Notes: generated by a model from the sequence alone, not told the origin. A DNA stretch of 64,000 bases from Octopus vulgaris (GCA_951406725.2 OX597821.1:116994001-117058000), one strand, 5' to 3'. Shown: positions 43,823-58,666, counted from the stretch's first letter. Program-made: numbers and translations.

Positions 43823-46015
43823 AACATACATATATGAGTATGTGTGTCTGTGTAAACATATGCACGTATATATTTATATATAATAGAAATATGTTACAAA
43901 AAGAAAAATTTATATATATATATATATATATTGCCAGTACCACCTTACTGGCTCTTGTGCCAGTGGCATGTAAAAGCACCCACTACACTCTCGGAGTGGT
44001 TGGTTTTAAGAAGGGCATCCAGCTGTAGAAACTCTGCCAGATCAGATTGGAGCCTGGTGCAGCCATCTGGTTCACTAGTCCTCAGTCATATCGTCCAACC
44101 CATGCTAGCATGGAAAGCATATGTTAAGCGATGATGATGATATATATATATATATATATATATGGACATACACATAGACACATAAACAAATTTCTCTAGG
44201 AGGCTACATTGTTCTTTTTGATTTGTAAAATTAATTCATTATTATTCATTACCATATTGTATTAATTATTTGGAGAAAGTCTCGACATACTGTCCTTCAT
44301 CTGAGCCAAGTCATTCTGCTAGCCATGTGTGTGTGTCTCACCAGTTTTTCTTTAGTTAGTCAACATCGTTTGCCTTAATTTCCTCTCAATCTGCAATTAT
44401 AATAGTTGCTGTATGCGTAGTAACACACCCTGCTGTGAGTTCTTTTGGTGTGAACACATTCACTTTTCCAACAGCCCCCTTTTTTTAATATGTTTCTTTG
44501 CAATCTGCTTTTTCAGTAGTTTTTCTCCTCCATTCCATATTTTGCTATGTTACTTATGATTCATTTTTCTCTTTTGTTTTAATTATTTGCCTTTATTTTC
44601 GCCTTCCTTCCTCCTGTAGTTTGCTGTTTTGTTCTACTTTAGTTTGCCACCCCACCATACCCCTATTGTTTGCTTTAATTTTGATCCAGTTATTTTGGGA
44701 TTTTTTTTGGTTTTTTTTATACATTTTTTGTTATTGTTTCTTCTTATAGTTAGCTTCTTTTTTTTTGCCTCATAAACATTCCTGAATGCACGTTATTACC
44801 TTAACAGAAAAAAAAAGAAACAATTGAAAAAAATATAAAAAGAATTACCTTCTTTATTATTAATTAGTCAAAAGAAACAAAAAAAAGAAAACAGAAAACT
44901 TTAAAAATTAAAATTTTCTGAGCCAAAATTCTTTTGATTAAATATTTTTATTTATTTTCATTTATTTTTTTCATTCTTCCTAGCCTGAACAAAAATGAAA
45001 AAAAAAATAGATAAATAAAAATATACAATAATAATAATTATAGTTTATTTTCTGACAAAAAAAATTCAAAATTAAGGAATTTTATCTACATTAAACTTTA
45101 CAGTTTTAATTTCTTCCTGACAATCATAATAATAATAATAATGTTACTTGTGCATCGTTGCTGATGTTGTTGTTGCTGTAGTTAATTTCTCTTGTTTTCT
45201 GCATGTCTCTAAAAATTCACCAAGTTATTTCTACTAAATAGCATTAGTAGTTGTTGTTAGTATCAGTAGTACTAGCTTCCGAAATAAGATTCTCATTACA
45301 AAACAAAAGTGTTTTGAAAAAAAAAAAAAAACAAAGCAAAAAACAAAAAAAAACAGTTCAACTTCAAAAGAATTTGGTGCATCTGTCTGTGCATGTTGCA
45401 CCGAGTGACTGATAGGATGCATGTTGTGCATTTTGGCATGAAGCAAGTATTGTTTTCAGTCGAGATTCTTTCAAGTTTCTCAGAGTGCATACATGTTTGT
45501 GTATGTATGTATGTGTTTGTGTATGTAATAACAAAACTGTTCAGTACTAAAGTCACCGAAGGGGCCTTCGTGAAGAAGGGGATGAAAACCTTGGCATAGA
45601 ATTTATGCATTTTTATTATTTTATGCATGTATGTTTTATTTATTGTACTTTTACTAATATATATTGTTTATTCATGTTTCTTTATGTTTAATATATGTAT
45701 ATACATACATATATATACATATATGTGTATCAGTATAAATCTGTGTATATGCATGTCGTGTGTGTCTCTGTACAGTTAAATGTTTTATCTGTATGTGTAT
45801 GTATGTGTGTGTATATATATATAAATGTATAAAATATAAATTAGAGATAAAACCACTATTATGCAACTCAAACAGTGATAGACATAAACCAATACATAAA
45901 TAACAAATAATATATATTTTTATAAAACATACAACTTATAACTAGATCTCAAAAAGTATAAAAATAAATGATCAATATATAATAAGTAAAAAAACTTATA
46001 TATATATATATATAT

Positions 46016-46200
46016 AACAAATGCAAATAATTAGAAAATGGAGAAAACCACAGATTAACCAACACAACAGCCATAAGATATGTCACATCGCCTATTTTGT
46101 TATGTCATGCTTTGTATTAAAAAATAAGCTATAAATGTGGTCCAATCGATGTGTTGATTAATCTGTGGTTTTCTCCATTTTATAATTATTTGCATTGGTT
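46016..46200. repeat. About 50-bp inverted repeat beside a (TA)n tract
   Basis: aatgcaaataattagaaaatggagaaaaccacagattaa versus ttaatctgtggttttctccattttataattatttgcatt. Confidence 0.85.
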
Positions 46201-46445
46201 CCTGATAAACTCTTGTTTATCCTGTTGTTATCTGCAGTCTAAGTGTATGGTGTGCCTGCACACCAAAACCCGGGGATAATACGGGTAACGGATACCAATA
46301 GTATATACGGATATTTTATCCCTTAGTTGGTTACTATAACTGCTAACTCTGTTTACATATATATGTATTGTCAATCTATCATATATCTGAATAAGAAGCA
46401 CGCTTTAAAGTATAAAGCATTAAAGCAGTAAAGTTAAAGTCTGGT

Positions 46446-46514
46446 CATAGAGTAACCAATAGTTTCACATCCACAAAGGCCACAGCTTTGTGGACAACTC
46501 ATCAGTCTCTATAC
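46446..46514 (-). ncRNA. Degenerate type-I hammerhead ribozyme motif
   Basis: Minus strand reads tatagaga-CUGAUGA-gttgtccacaaag/ctttgtggatgt-GAAA-ctattgg-UU-actctatg. Stem I tatagag/ctctatg has an A-A mismatch next to the core. Confidence 0.6.
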
Positions 46515-48937
46515 AAAAACAAATTTAACTCTTCACCTCTTGGCAATGGAAAGTTGTGTGTGTGTATGCACATACACACACACATGCACATGTATATACA
46601 CATGCATTCTCATCCAAAATGGAGATGAGTACCAACATTCCCATGTGGTACACTTGAACAATTGTAAAGAAACGTTTTACCAAAAACCACTGGTTGCCTT
46701 GTTAACCAGCAAATGAAGAATATTTATATACCAATACTGTGTTGAACACTTATTCTTATTGTTTCATATTAGCGCGCATCCGTGTGTGTGCGTGTGCATG
46801 CATGTATCTTGTATGTGTCTCTATATAGTTATGTGCTATATATGTATGTGTGTGTGTTTGTAGAAATTATTGTTGAATAACTTGCTGGAGGATACTGGTA
46901 TGGAAGAGGTAGAGGAGCTGAGGACCATCACGGAAGATCTAGATGAGTGGGGAAAACGTGTGGAAACGGTTTTGGGGAGTCCTATGAGATGACCTAGATT
47001 AGAGCTTTTAATTTAAAGCACTTTAAAAGAGGAAGTTTGTTTCATGGAACCAGGAGTGGTCTTAGACAAGTTGGTATCAAAGAGGTTAATGTCTATGTTA
47101 TAAAGTATTGCAACAGTGCTTCATCAGAGCTTCTGGGCAGTGTTTTACGATTATATAAGTATGGTTTGTGAAACATGGCAATGCAGGAACTAAAAGAATA
47201 AATAAGTGAAGAAAAGTTTGCTTACAGTTTGTTGTATATTAATAGTACGACTGACATTACGTAAGCAGCATCTGTGAACACTTTCAGGTGCAGGTAGACT
47301 TAGTTCCCTCTAAAATCTGTCAGGACCACATTTCACTCCTGGTTAATGGTTCTTAAACTGTAAATTAATAATGAGGACACAGAACAGAGTTTGGATCGAT
47401 GAAATTCTTCTTTCTCCGTCATGGTGTTAAGTTTAAAAACCATGTGAATTCCATTAAACACAGCAATTTGCCTGTCTCTCTTTTCAATCTTCACAGACCT
47501 TACACCATCCTCTGAGATGCTTGGTCCCTGTGTGAGAAACACTGCACCAGTGGGATAGTATTACTGTTTATTATGAAGTATGACAGCAAATCAGGATTTA
47601 GTATGACAATACTGTAGGATGTTGTGGAAGTACCACATAAGACACTTCAGTGTGGAAGAACAATTAATTGATACATTTTCTCCTCCCAATAATCAATCAG
47701 ATAAGATTTGAAGTAAAACATTATTATTTATTGTATTGTCTGAATCATTAGCATGCTGGATAAAATGCTTAGTGGTAGCTCTTTACATTCTGAGTTCAAA
47801 TTCCACTGGGGTCAGCTTCACCTTTCATGCTTTCAGAACTGATAAAATAAGTTAGTAGTTGAGCTGAGATTGAGGTAATCAACTAACCCTCTCCACCAAA
47901 CTAAATTGCTGGCCTTGTGCCAAAATTGGAAACCATTATGGTATTTTTTCATTAGCTTACTGTTGGATCATAAGATGGTCATTAAAAAGGATTTCACATT
48001 TAGCATTTAATCCAGCCAAATCTGGCCAAAATATTATCTGACCTGTTTTATGTTCAAACTAGTAAGAACTGGCCTCTCACACCTATCATGCAGTGTTATT
48101 CCAAAGATATACAACCACATCACTGAAATCTCAGAACTACAAAATAATGCCAGGATTCATTTAAAACAATGTGAATGAATAAACATCACATTTGAGAGAA
48201 GAACCTGAATGCTAAAGGGTTAAATGGGTTTTAGAGAAAGATTACCATGATAATTTAGGTAGGGCATGTTGCACAGTGGTTATGCCGGGCGAAATGCATA
48301 GCCGTATTTCGTCTGCCATTGCGTTCTGAGTTCAAATTCTGCCAAGGTCGACTTTGCCTTTCATCCTTACGGGGTCGATAAATTAAGTACCAGTTACACA
48401 CTGGGGTTGATATAATTGACTTAATCCATTTGTTTGTCCTCTCTATGTTTAGCCCCTTGTGGGTAGTAAAGAAATAGAAATAGGTATTTTGTCTGTCATT
48501 ACGTTCTGAGTTCAAATTCCACCAAGGTTAACTTTGCCTTTCATCCTTACGGGGTCGATAAATTAAGTACCAGTTACATCCTGGGGTCGATGTAATCGAC
48601 TTAATCCCTTTGTCTGTCCTTGTTTGTCCTCTCTATGTTTAGCCCCTTGTGGGTAGTAAAGAAATAGGTTATGTGGATCAGTTGTGTGTGTGCCGTGATA
48701 TGTCGCGAGGGACTTCAATGTTGTGTTGTTATTTTTGTTTGTCTTTTAAATTTTACTTTTGTTTTGTGTTGTTTTTGTTTATTTAAACAATTTACTGACA
48801 ATGAATGTTTTGTTGCATGTTTTTTGACTGTTGTTTATGATATTGTTTTTGTTTGTTTTTGTTTGCATTTTCTGCATTTTGTTTTTGTTTGCATCCTCCA
48901 TCACAGTGTAGCTTGCATCTCTTTTGACTTTGCACAG

Positions 48938-49555
48938 ATGGCAGTGGGCCGGAGCCTTTCTCTATGGAGTCTGAAAAAAATGACATTGTTGAAAACTCTC
49001 ACTTTATTATCAATTTAGTCAATGGTGCTAGTGTGGTCGAAGGACGGCTCGGCAACGGTGTAACAATGAATGGAAAAGGTCAGTATGTACGTATCGACGG
49101 TAATATGGAGGATTGTATTTACAATCTCAACTATTGTAAGACTGGATTGACGCTTGGTCTATGGCTAAAACCATATGATCTTAAAGGCAAGAAATATTAT
49201 ATTTCAAGTCCAGCTTACTCGCTGTATTCGAAGGATAATATTCTCCATGCTAAATTCCAAAATGCAACCCATTCTTGGGAAATGTCCACCCCTAAATTTA
49301 AGGGAAATGTCTGGCAACAGGTGATTATGAGTTGGGACCCAGCAAGGGGTGCCAAGTTGTATATAAACCCTGAGAAGGTTGCACAAGCAACAACTGCAAA
49401 ACCTTTCATGCAAGGTGACACACCTGCTGAAGGTATATACATCGGTACCACTGGAAATAATGTTGGACGGTTCACACCTGATTTTGATGTTGATGAAGTG
49501 CAATACTACAGAACAAGCGTCAATGGAATCCTTGATGGATTTGGACCATCTTATG
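48938..49555 (+). CDS. Multi-LamG-like protein, exon F (domain 5)
   Basis: gactttgcacag| and tat g|gtaagt, phase 1-1, 618 nt. GRLGNGVTMNGKGQY, CIYNLNYCKTGLTLGLW, WQQVIMSWDP, IYIG, VDEVQY. Confidence 0.9.
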
Positions 49556-50191
49556 GTAAGTAAATCAATTTAGTTCTAATAATATATTGTTTATTTATCT
49601 CTTGTTTTGTTTTTTTTATTTTAGCAATTTTTTTTTTACTTTTACATTGGTGGAATGTTAATGAAGGGAAACTATCATTTTGTCCATCAACCATGAAACT
49701 ATAAGGAAATCACTGATGAGATACTTTTAGGGTTTTTTTAACCCTGTTTATTCCAAATGTATGGTACTTAAATGAGCTCCTTTAACTCTGAAACCATTCA
49801 AGCAAGAACAATCTCAACACTTTCCATCTTGAGCAACAAGTTAACCATTACTTTGGCAATAACACTCAATGGTATTATTCCATGAAGAATATGACTGATA
49901 AAATTTCTTAAATATTCCCTGAGATCTTTTATATTTTACTTATTTCAGCCATTGGACTGTGGTCATGCTGGAGCATTGCCTCGAGGGGTTAAATTGGATT
50001 AACCACACCTAGTACTTATTTTTCAGTCTTGTATTTATTCTAGTAGTCTCTTTTGCTAAACTACTAAGTAATGGGAACACAAACAAACCAACACTGCCTA
50101 TCAAACGGTGGTGGGGGACAAACACAAAGACACACACATATTACATGTGTGTACATGTATGTGTGTATATATATGTATGTATATATATATA

Positions 50192-50253
<62 letters not shown>

Positions 50254-50448
50254 GGTGTGTATATGTATATATATATATGGCTATGTGGTAAGCAGCAAAG
50301 CTTGCTTCCCAGTCACACGCTTCCAGGTTCAGTCCCACTGTGTGGCATCTTGGGCAAACGTCTTCTACTATAGTTTCTGGTCAACCAAAGCCTTGTGAGT
50401 CGATTTGGTAGACAGAAACTAACAGAAGCCTACCATGTATGTATATAC

Positions 50449-50491
<43 letters not shown>

Positions 50492-51498
50492 TCCTCCCTA
50501 CCATCACTTGACAACTAATGTTGGTGAGTTTACATTCCCCCGTAACTTAGCGGTTCAACAAAAGAGTCCGATAGAATAAGTACTGGGCTTACAAAGAATA
50601 AGTCCCGGGGTCAATTTCTTTGACTAAAAGTGGTGCTCCAACATGGCCACAATCAAATGACTGAAACAAGAAAAAGAAAAAAGAATATATATACATACAC
50701 ACACACACACACACATACACATGATGGGCTTCCACACAGTTTCCATTTATGAAATTCACCTGGGGTATAGCAGAAGACACTTGTCCAAGGTGTGCATCAA
50801 GACTGAACCTAAAACCATTTGATTGCAAAGTAATGCCTGCATCTATATGTCGTGTTTACATGCACCACATATAAAAAGGTGTTGTGCTGCTACCAAGCAG
50901 TGCAGGTCACACTAATATTATAAAAATTAAGAAAATACTTGACGCATTTTCAGTTAGTCTATTCATCCTCGTTAGTTGCAGTCTTCACACAACAGCTCAA
51001 TTAGTATAATTAATGCCCAGTTGTTAGTTGTCAAGTGCCGAGTTTTGTTTGTATTGCTTCTCTGAAAGAGCTTGTTCAATAATATTAAAAAACTAAAAAT
51101 GCTGCTAAACAAACATGTTAGTATGTCTTGTAGATATTCAGCAAACATGAATAACAGTTTGATTAGGATCCTATATGTAATATCACTGTCATCGACTGGG
51201 CTGTCAGCTGGCAGATTGGTTTGCATGGTGGAAGAAATGCTTTGTGACATCACTTCTAGCTTTCCTTTCTGAGTTTAAATGCTGTTGAGGTGGAGCTTTG
51301 CCTTTTGTCCTTTCTGGGTTGACAAAATAAGTTTGAAAATATAAGGACACAGATCGTATAGTATAGCCACCTGGAGATGATGTCTCCTGGGACTAAATTA
51401 CAGCAACATTTGTCCTAAACCAGGACTGCCATGTTATGTTGGCAAACAGTCTTTACTACTAAGTACTGTTGCTGAATACTCTCTCTTTTACTCTTTTT

Positions 51499-51881
51499 CT
51501 TGTTTCAGTCATTTGATTGTGGCCATGCTGGAGCACCGCCTTTAGTCAAGCAAATTAACCCTAGGACTTATTCTTAGTAAGCCTAGTACTTATTCTAGCA
51601 GTCTCTTTTGCCAAACCGCTAAGTTACAAGGACGTAAACACACCGGCATCGGTTGTCAAGCAATGTTGGGGAGACAAACACAAACATATACACACACATA
51701 CACATATATATATATACATATATATGATAGGCTTTTTTCAGTTTCTGTCTACCAAATCCACTCACAAGGTTTTAGTTGGCCCAAGGCTATAGAAGAAGAC
51801 ACTTGCCCAAGGTTCCACGCAGTGGGACTGAACCCGGAACTATGTGGTTCGTAAGCAAGCTACTTACCACACAGCCACTCC
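51499..51881 (-). mobile_element. CORE-type tRNA SINE with internal microsatellite (other copies about 50277-50675 +, 13515-13668 -, 31275-31650 -, 38455-38600 +)
   Basis: tggctgtgtggtaag / gggttcagtccc boxes and a CORE-like ccttgggcaagtgtctt; resembles the octopus OR-type SINEs. Confidence 0.8.
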
Positions 51882-51954
51882 CTTTTGGATTCCTTTTAAT
51901 CACATTGCTGGTTAATTATTTATTCCTCCATCCATTTTCTCCACCCACTACCCC

Positions 51955-53040
51955 TTGAAGGGTTGTAGGGATAGAGCCCTCAGGCATTTCCTCCATAGGA
52001 TCCCATCAGAAGCAACCATCATTACAATTTCCTTCTGAATTCTGTAAAATGACCAACTGTGTCTATAGACATTATCCAGCCATCTCCTTCCTGGTCAACT
52101 CTTAAGTCTCCTGCTGGTTGGCTCAGCTTGAAAAATTCATCTTAAGATTCACCATCATCATCATCATCATCATCATCGTTTAACGTCCATTTTCCATGGT
52201 AGCATGGGTTGGACGGCTTGACTGGGGTCTGGGAAGCCAGGAGGCTACACCAGGCTCCAGTCTGATCTGGCAGTGTTTCTACAGCTAGATGCCCTTCCTA
52301 ACACCAACCACTCCATGAGTGTAGTGGGTGCTTTTTACGTGCCACCAGCACAGGTGTCAGGCGAGACTGGCAACGAGCATGATCGGTTGGTGCTTTTTAC
52401 ATGCCACCAGCATGAAAGCCAGTCAAGGTGGTGCTGGCATTGACCACGTACGGATGGTGCTTTTTACATGCCACCGGCACAGGTGCCAGGAGAGGCTGGC
52501 AACGGCCACGATCGGTTGGTAGTTATTACGTGCCACCAAACGGATTCTTTCTTATAATATTCTCATGTCCATAACATAAGATTAATTCATTAGCATCTAT
52601 TAATTCATAATTAATCAATTCTAGGAAAGGCCCTACACAAAACATCATACTTCTACAAGTCTTCCATGATAAAAAAAAACTAACACTCTCCTGTGAAATA
52701 GATATTTATTTTTGCACTAATCTCTTCGCCGGATGTCAACTATTCTACTATTCTCAGCTTCTCAGCTACACATGCTTTCGCTAATTTATGCACTAGCTTC
52801 AATAAGTACTGAAAATCCATGTCACTGTTTCTACATGAGGGTTCCTAGGTGCTCCATCTGCTGCATAAAGAAATCCATCCCAGAATGTAAACCAATAGGC
52901 TTCATTTTTGTTTCCATTTAGTCCAACGCTTCAGTGATGTCCTTTTTATTTCTGTTTAAGTAAAAATCTGAAAGTTTGTATTTCTTTATAGGTACACAGC
53001 AGAATACTTGCAACAGTGCATGTACAGAAATCCTGGCTTT
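51955..53040 (-). mobile_element. Decayed RTE-like LINE fragment interrupted by a VNTR retroposon
   Basis: Minus-strand remnant SRRLKS*PGRRWLDNV...VASDGILWRKCL resembles the RTE GxRxRGRPxxRWxD...AxDRxxWR terminus. The upstream extent is uncertain. Confidence 0.5.
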
Positions 53041-53042
53041 TT

Positions 53043-53074
<32 letters not shown>

Positions 53075-53223
53075 TTTATTGCCTTTGCACAGCTTCTAAC
53101 GCTGGAGATGTACTATGGTGTCTCAGCTGTTCACTACCAGTGAACTAAGGTAACAACCCTTATTTTTCGAGCACCTTCCGGAGTAGCCGTGCTCGAAAAA
53201 TAAGGGGCGTTACCTTAGTTCAC
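53075..53223 (-). mobile_element. 3' end of the 9.9-kb R4/Dong-like family with a 35-bp fold-back
   Basis: Reverse complement of 10116-10210; gtgaactaagg...cgagcac (53140-53174) is inverted at 53189-53223. Confidence 0.7.
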
Positions 53224-53639
53224 TTGTAGGTGGCAATCTGGCAGAATCGTTAACACGCCAGGCAAAATGCTTAGCAGTATTTTGTTGTCTTCACGTTCTG
53301 AGTTCAAATTCCACCAAGGTCAACTTTTCCTTTCATCCTTTTGGGGTCAACAAATACATATGTGCATCTAAATTGTGTCTCCATTGATAGAAAAAGGAAT
53401 CTTTAATATTCCAAGCAAGCAAGACGGCAAGGTGATAAAAACGTTTAGAAGTCGATCAAAATGCTTAACGGCATGTCACCGAGTTCGACTTTGCCTTTCA
53501 TCCATTCGGGATCAATAAATTAAGTACCAGTGAGACACTGGGGTCTATGTAATCAACTAGTCCCCTCCCCCAAAATTGCTGCCTTTGTGGCAAAATTTGA
53601 AACCATTATTATTATCATTGTTGTTGTTATTATTAAAAC

Positions 53640-53851
53640 TATTACATGCTGTATTAGTTTGCAGCAATGTTGTCTTGAGGTTTGGTGATGACTAGTCTCT
53701 TCAAATCTCAAGAATCTTTCTTAACATTCTTGCAGACCATAGGATTACACTCTTCTACAGTTCAACTCTGTGAGTCTCAATTCCAAAATGGTTCAGTCTC
53801 TTAGGAAGCAATTTGAGTGTTGTGCCAAGTGCACCAATTACCACAGCAATA
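53640..53851 (-). mobile_element. R4/Dong-like retrotransposon 3' fragment (second family; related remnant near 6880-7025, +)
   Basis: Minus-strand translation IAVVIGALGTTLKLLPKRL...KSVILWSARMLRKILEI*, adjacent to (TTA)n. Confidence 0.7.
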
Positions 53852-53863
53852 ATTATCATATTG

Positions 53864-53938
<75 letters not shown>

Positions 53939-54505
53939 GAAGGCAGCGAGCTGGCAGAATCGTTAGCACGCCAGGCAATAGGCTTAGCGGTATTTCATCT
54001 GCCGCAACGTTCTGAGTTAAAATTCCGCTGAGGTCAACTTTCCCTTTCATCCATTCGGGATCGATAAAATAAGTACCAGTTGAACACTGGGGTTGATGCA
54101 ATCGACTCAGCCCCACCACCCCTATGCTATCAAAATCTCAAAGCTATGATTACCTGATTAACTCAAAATGATGTGAATAAATAAGGATTATATTTGACAG
54201 AGTAATCTGAATGCGAAAGAGTTAAACTTCTTTCTTCATCACAAGACTCACAGCCTTTAGTTTCCATCCATGAACCGATTCCAGTTGCCAATTAACTCCT
54301 CAGTTTGAGCAGTTCATCAGCAATGTTCTGCTCTTCTTTCGTCTTTTACTTGGTTCAGTCATTGGACTGTGGCCATGCTGGGGCACCACTTTGAAAAGTT
54401 TTAGTCAAACATTGACTAACACCAGCCACTTTAACAAATGTAATGGTTGCTTTTTCTACGGCACCAGAATCAGTGAGGTTGCCAAGATAGATCTATAATA
54501 GTTAG

Positions 54506-54737
54506 GGCGGTGAGCTGGCAGAATCGTTTGCACGCCGGGCGAAATCCCTAGTGGTATTTCGTCGGCCGCTATGTTCTGAGTTCAAATTCCACCGAGGCCG
54601 ACTTTGCCTTTCATCCTTTCGGGGTTGATTAAATAAGTACCAGTTATGCACTGGGGTCAATATAATCGACTTAATCCGTTTGTCTGTCCTTGTTTGTCCC
54701 CTCTGTGTGTAGCCTGTTGTGGGCAGTAAAGAAATAA
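54506..54737 (+). mobile_element. tRNA-derived SINE, ggcggtgagctggcagaa family (other copies about 15350-15580, 22148-22376, 37583-37815, 38182-38395, 48283-48667 tandem, 53940-54120, 56600-56810, 63417-63630; minus about 8424-8628, 10225-10436)
   Basis: A/B boxes (gagctggcagaa, gagttcaaattcc) and a conserved central gcctttcatcctttcggggtcgat...aagtaccag block (Meta-SINE-like from memory), with many copies in the window. Confidence 0.85.
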
Positions 54738-54986
54738 GATAGTTCTATAATGATTTGCCTGTGTCACAATGTAACTTAAGTGTATCGTATTATACACTAT
54801 TACGTGTATTTTATTAAGTCTATCTTGCATATTATTGTCATGCATATATTTTTAAGTGCATCATATATTTTTAAGTGCATCATATCTTCAATTATTAAGT
54901 GCATCATACATATCATTATTATTACTTTTTCGTTTTTGGATTTGGTTTGCAACATTCTTTATATGAGTTCGTGTGTTGAAGCATTT

Positions 54987-55399
<413 letters not shown>

Positions 55400-55598
55400 G
55401 TGTATCATACTATGAAGTGTATCATATGCATTATTAAGTGTATTGTATGTGTTATTACTACATGTATCATATATATATATATATATTATTAAGTCTATCA
55501 TATACATACTATTTCAATATCATCAACATTATATGCTTTCTGTTGCCTGAATGACTACTTCATCTGGAATCTACTGCTTTCAGTCTGCTTACAGATCA

Positions 55599-55666
<68 letters not shown>

Positions 55667-55670
55667 CACT

Positions 55671-55811
55671 ATATATTAGAAGAAATGAGGTACTCAGAAA
55701 TCTGGATGGTTTTATATTTACAGATATTTATTAGTATGTTACATGTTTCTATAAATCATATACATATATAAAACCATCCAGATTTCTGAGTACCTCATTT
55801 CCTCTAATATA
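55671..55811. repeat. About 46-bp inverted repeat beside a (TA)n tract
   Basis: gaaatgaggtactcagaaatctggatggttttata versus tataaaaccatccagatttctgagtacctcatttc. Confidence 0.85.
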
Positions 55812-55848
55812 TAATACCTGTACATCATCTCTAAACCTTCTAATATAC

Positions 55849-55893
<45 letters not shown>

Positions 55894-56956
55894 GTGTGTG
55901 TGTGTGTAGTCATCTAAGAATGCATAAGTTGGAATAATTTGTACAGTATTATAGACCCATTCCAGCTGATCACAAACTATCAGTTTCACACTGGGTATTA
56001 GATAACTGGATACCATCTCTGAAGAGCAAGTGGTGTTACTCAACTGCACTATTATCAAATATCTGGCTACCTTATATCCTGTACAAAACCAATTGGTAAG
56101 ATCGGCTGAAATGGATCTATAATATTATGTGCCTTGATTAATATATATATGTATGTATGTAGTAATAAAAGCTTTGCTCTTGGGGCATGAGCCTTTTCTG
56201 AGACAACCTTAGTCTGCTACAGCATTGTCAGAAATGTCTTTAACCAAGAACTTGCACCTGTTGCCATGTTGTCCTGTTGCTTCCTTGAAGCTAGAAGTTC
56301 TCTTCAGAGCTTATTTCAGATTCTTCAAACTCTTTCTTTTTAACTCTATCTCTAATCTTGTCTGGTGCTTGACTTAATGTATTCTAACTTATAATATAGT
56401 CTTTTGCTAAAGACTATAGTATGCTCTTAATTGCTTAATAAACTAATTAACAAAAACAGAAGTGGAAAAGTATAAAGCATATATTCTTCACCTCATTACT
56501 CACCCTTTTTTAATTTTTTTTTTTTTTTGGATGGGTGGTTATTCCATTTGAAAAGCTTTTGATTCTATTTGTCAGTAAGTCATAGTTATATTGAGATTGA
56601 TGAGCTGGCAGAATCATTAACACGCCGGGCAAAATGCTTTGCAGCATTTCATTTGTCTGTACATTCTAAGTTCAAATCTTGCCAGGGTCAATTTTGCCTT
56701 TCATCTTTTCAGGGTCGATAAAATAAGTACTAGTTGAGCTCTGGGGTCGATGTAATCAACTTACCCCTTCTGCAGAACTTACTGGCCTTGTACCAAAATT
56801 TCAAACCAATATTGAGGTTGATTTCATTCATATTAAAAATGAAAATGTATAAAAATTTTTAAAAAAAAAGAAAAAAAGAAAAGCAAAACAAAATAAAATG
56901 AAGTGAAATTATGTTGTCAGTTCTTCAGCTTTTCTCTCATCCATTTTATTTTGCAG

Positions 56957-57541
56957 TTGCTACTGAGAGTCCTGAAATGGTATTTCGTTTTGATCGACTA
57001 CTTCTCCCTCGTGTTAACATGGTTGGTTACCCTGATCTGGTTAGCAGTGACGAGGGCAATGTCATCCGACTTAATGGCCGGGACCAATATATCGATGTGG
57101 GCAAAGATGTGACCTGCGGTGGAGACTTAGAAAACTGCGTTGATGGCCATGTGATGCGATTGTTTTTGAAAGCTGATAAACTTATTGACAACACATATTT
57201 CCTTGACAGCTACCCTACATCGGTTTACTACAAAGACGGCCAACTCCATGCCGAAATGAGAACATCTACTCAGACCTGGCATGTAAACACTACGGAGTTT
57301 GAAGCTGGAACTTGGCAATATATTGAACTGGATTGGTACCCAGATGTTGGTCTGAGACTGTTCTTGAACCGGAGAGAGGTTGCACATGATACTATACCCT
57401 ACTTACATCAGAAACGGTCTACTTCATCAAAAACATACATTGGTCGCTCTCTAAAAGACAGCCTTAACAGTTATTATTTCAATGGTTTTGTGAAACAGAT
57501 GGAACTTTGGCGAAGAAACCGAAACTATCATAAACCCAAGC
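56957..57541 (+). CDS. Multi-LamG-like protein, exon G (domain 6)
   Basis: ttttattttgcag| and aag c|gtaagt, phase 1-1, 585 nt. LNGRDQYIDVG, CGGDLENCVDG, WQYIELDWYPDVGLRLFLN, TYIG. Confidence 0.9.
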
Positions 57542-58277
57542 GTAAGTACATAATATAAGTTACATAGTTATGTTTTAGTTACAGCTTGGAAAAATACTAT
57601 TTTTCACTGACTGAAAGAAAAATGAATTGATAAATTTAAAGATATGGTAGAATTTCAAGATTGTATCATTTGCATAACGGTTTTTATTTTATAATTAACA
57701 TCATCATCATCATCGTTTAATGTTCAACACTGCATTTGTGAATTGAGGTTACCATTGGTTTCATCTTTAAGAAAAGTAGGAAAATATCCCAGTGTCTAAA
57801 CAATTTTTCAAGCTGAACATATGGGGAAAGGTGTTCGCCTCCATTTTGGCTGTTTTCCAGAATGGAGGTAAACACCTTTCTCCATGTGATCGGCTTGAAA
57901 AATTGTTTAGACACTAAGATATTTTCTTACTTTTCTTAACATGAAACCAACGGTAACCTTAATATATATAAATATAGATAGATCATATTATTTACATGTT
58001 TCAGTCATTGGACTGCAGCCATGTTGGTGAACTGCCTTGAAGGGCTTGATGGAACAAATAAATCCTTGTACTAGTTTTTAAACCTAGTATTTATTTATTC
58101 AGTCTAGGAAAGAGTACATGAATTCATTCTGTATATTAGAAATAACCCACACACCAAATATATTCAAATTCAATTCTTGGTAATAAGACTGTGAAGTTCT
58201 GGAAACTTCAGATATGGATTTAGGAACTCTACTATTCTAAACCAACTGTAAAATGCTAATAAGAAAAAAATGAAAAA

Positions 58278-58666
58278 TCTCTATATATATAAAGCTGAAG
58301 TTGTCTGTGTGTAGCAGGTTTGGTAGCCTTCAACTAACATTATCTCATCCGAGACCCTGCAGCACAAGTTGACCAAAATTGAGAGTATGAAAGAAGGCTT
58401 GCTCTTCCTTCCATAGAAGATAAAATTCAAATCAGACCATGTTGAGACCAAAAATTATTTACATCAAAAAGGGGCTTTTTTTCTATGAAAATCCCTATTT
58501 TTTACGATTTTTTTACTGCCGCGTCACCATTTTGCGGTGTATTTCAACCAGAAAAATGTTCACTTAAAGAGAATAACAAGCTACATAATGCAAAATTTTT
58601 ACTTTTCCAAAATTCCAATAGTATAGGGTTGAAATTAACCCGAGCAACGCCGGGCGATACTGCTAG
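58278..58666 (+). mobile_element. Non-autonomous Helitron
   Basis: A|TCTCTATATATATAAA 5' end, subterminal hairpin cccgagcaacgccggg, CTAG|T 3' end, no TSD; second copy at 10452-10846. Confidence 0.88.

Noticed and set aside
45545-45599. GC-richer island as a small exon of the LamG gene
   Set aside because: Phase-1 reading hits a stop after 9 codons and there is no GT donor. An alternative terminal exon cannot be excluded but is unsupported.
55965-56065. Minus-strand hammerhead (ttgataa...gaaactgatagtt)
   Set aside because: Stem II and stem I could not be paired convincingly.
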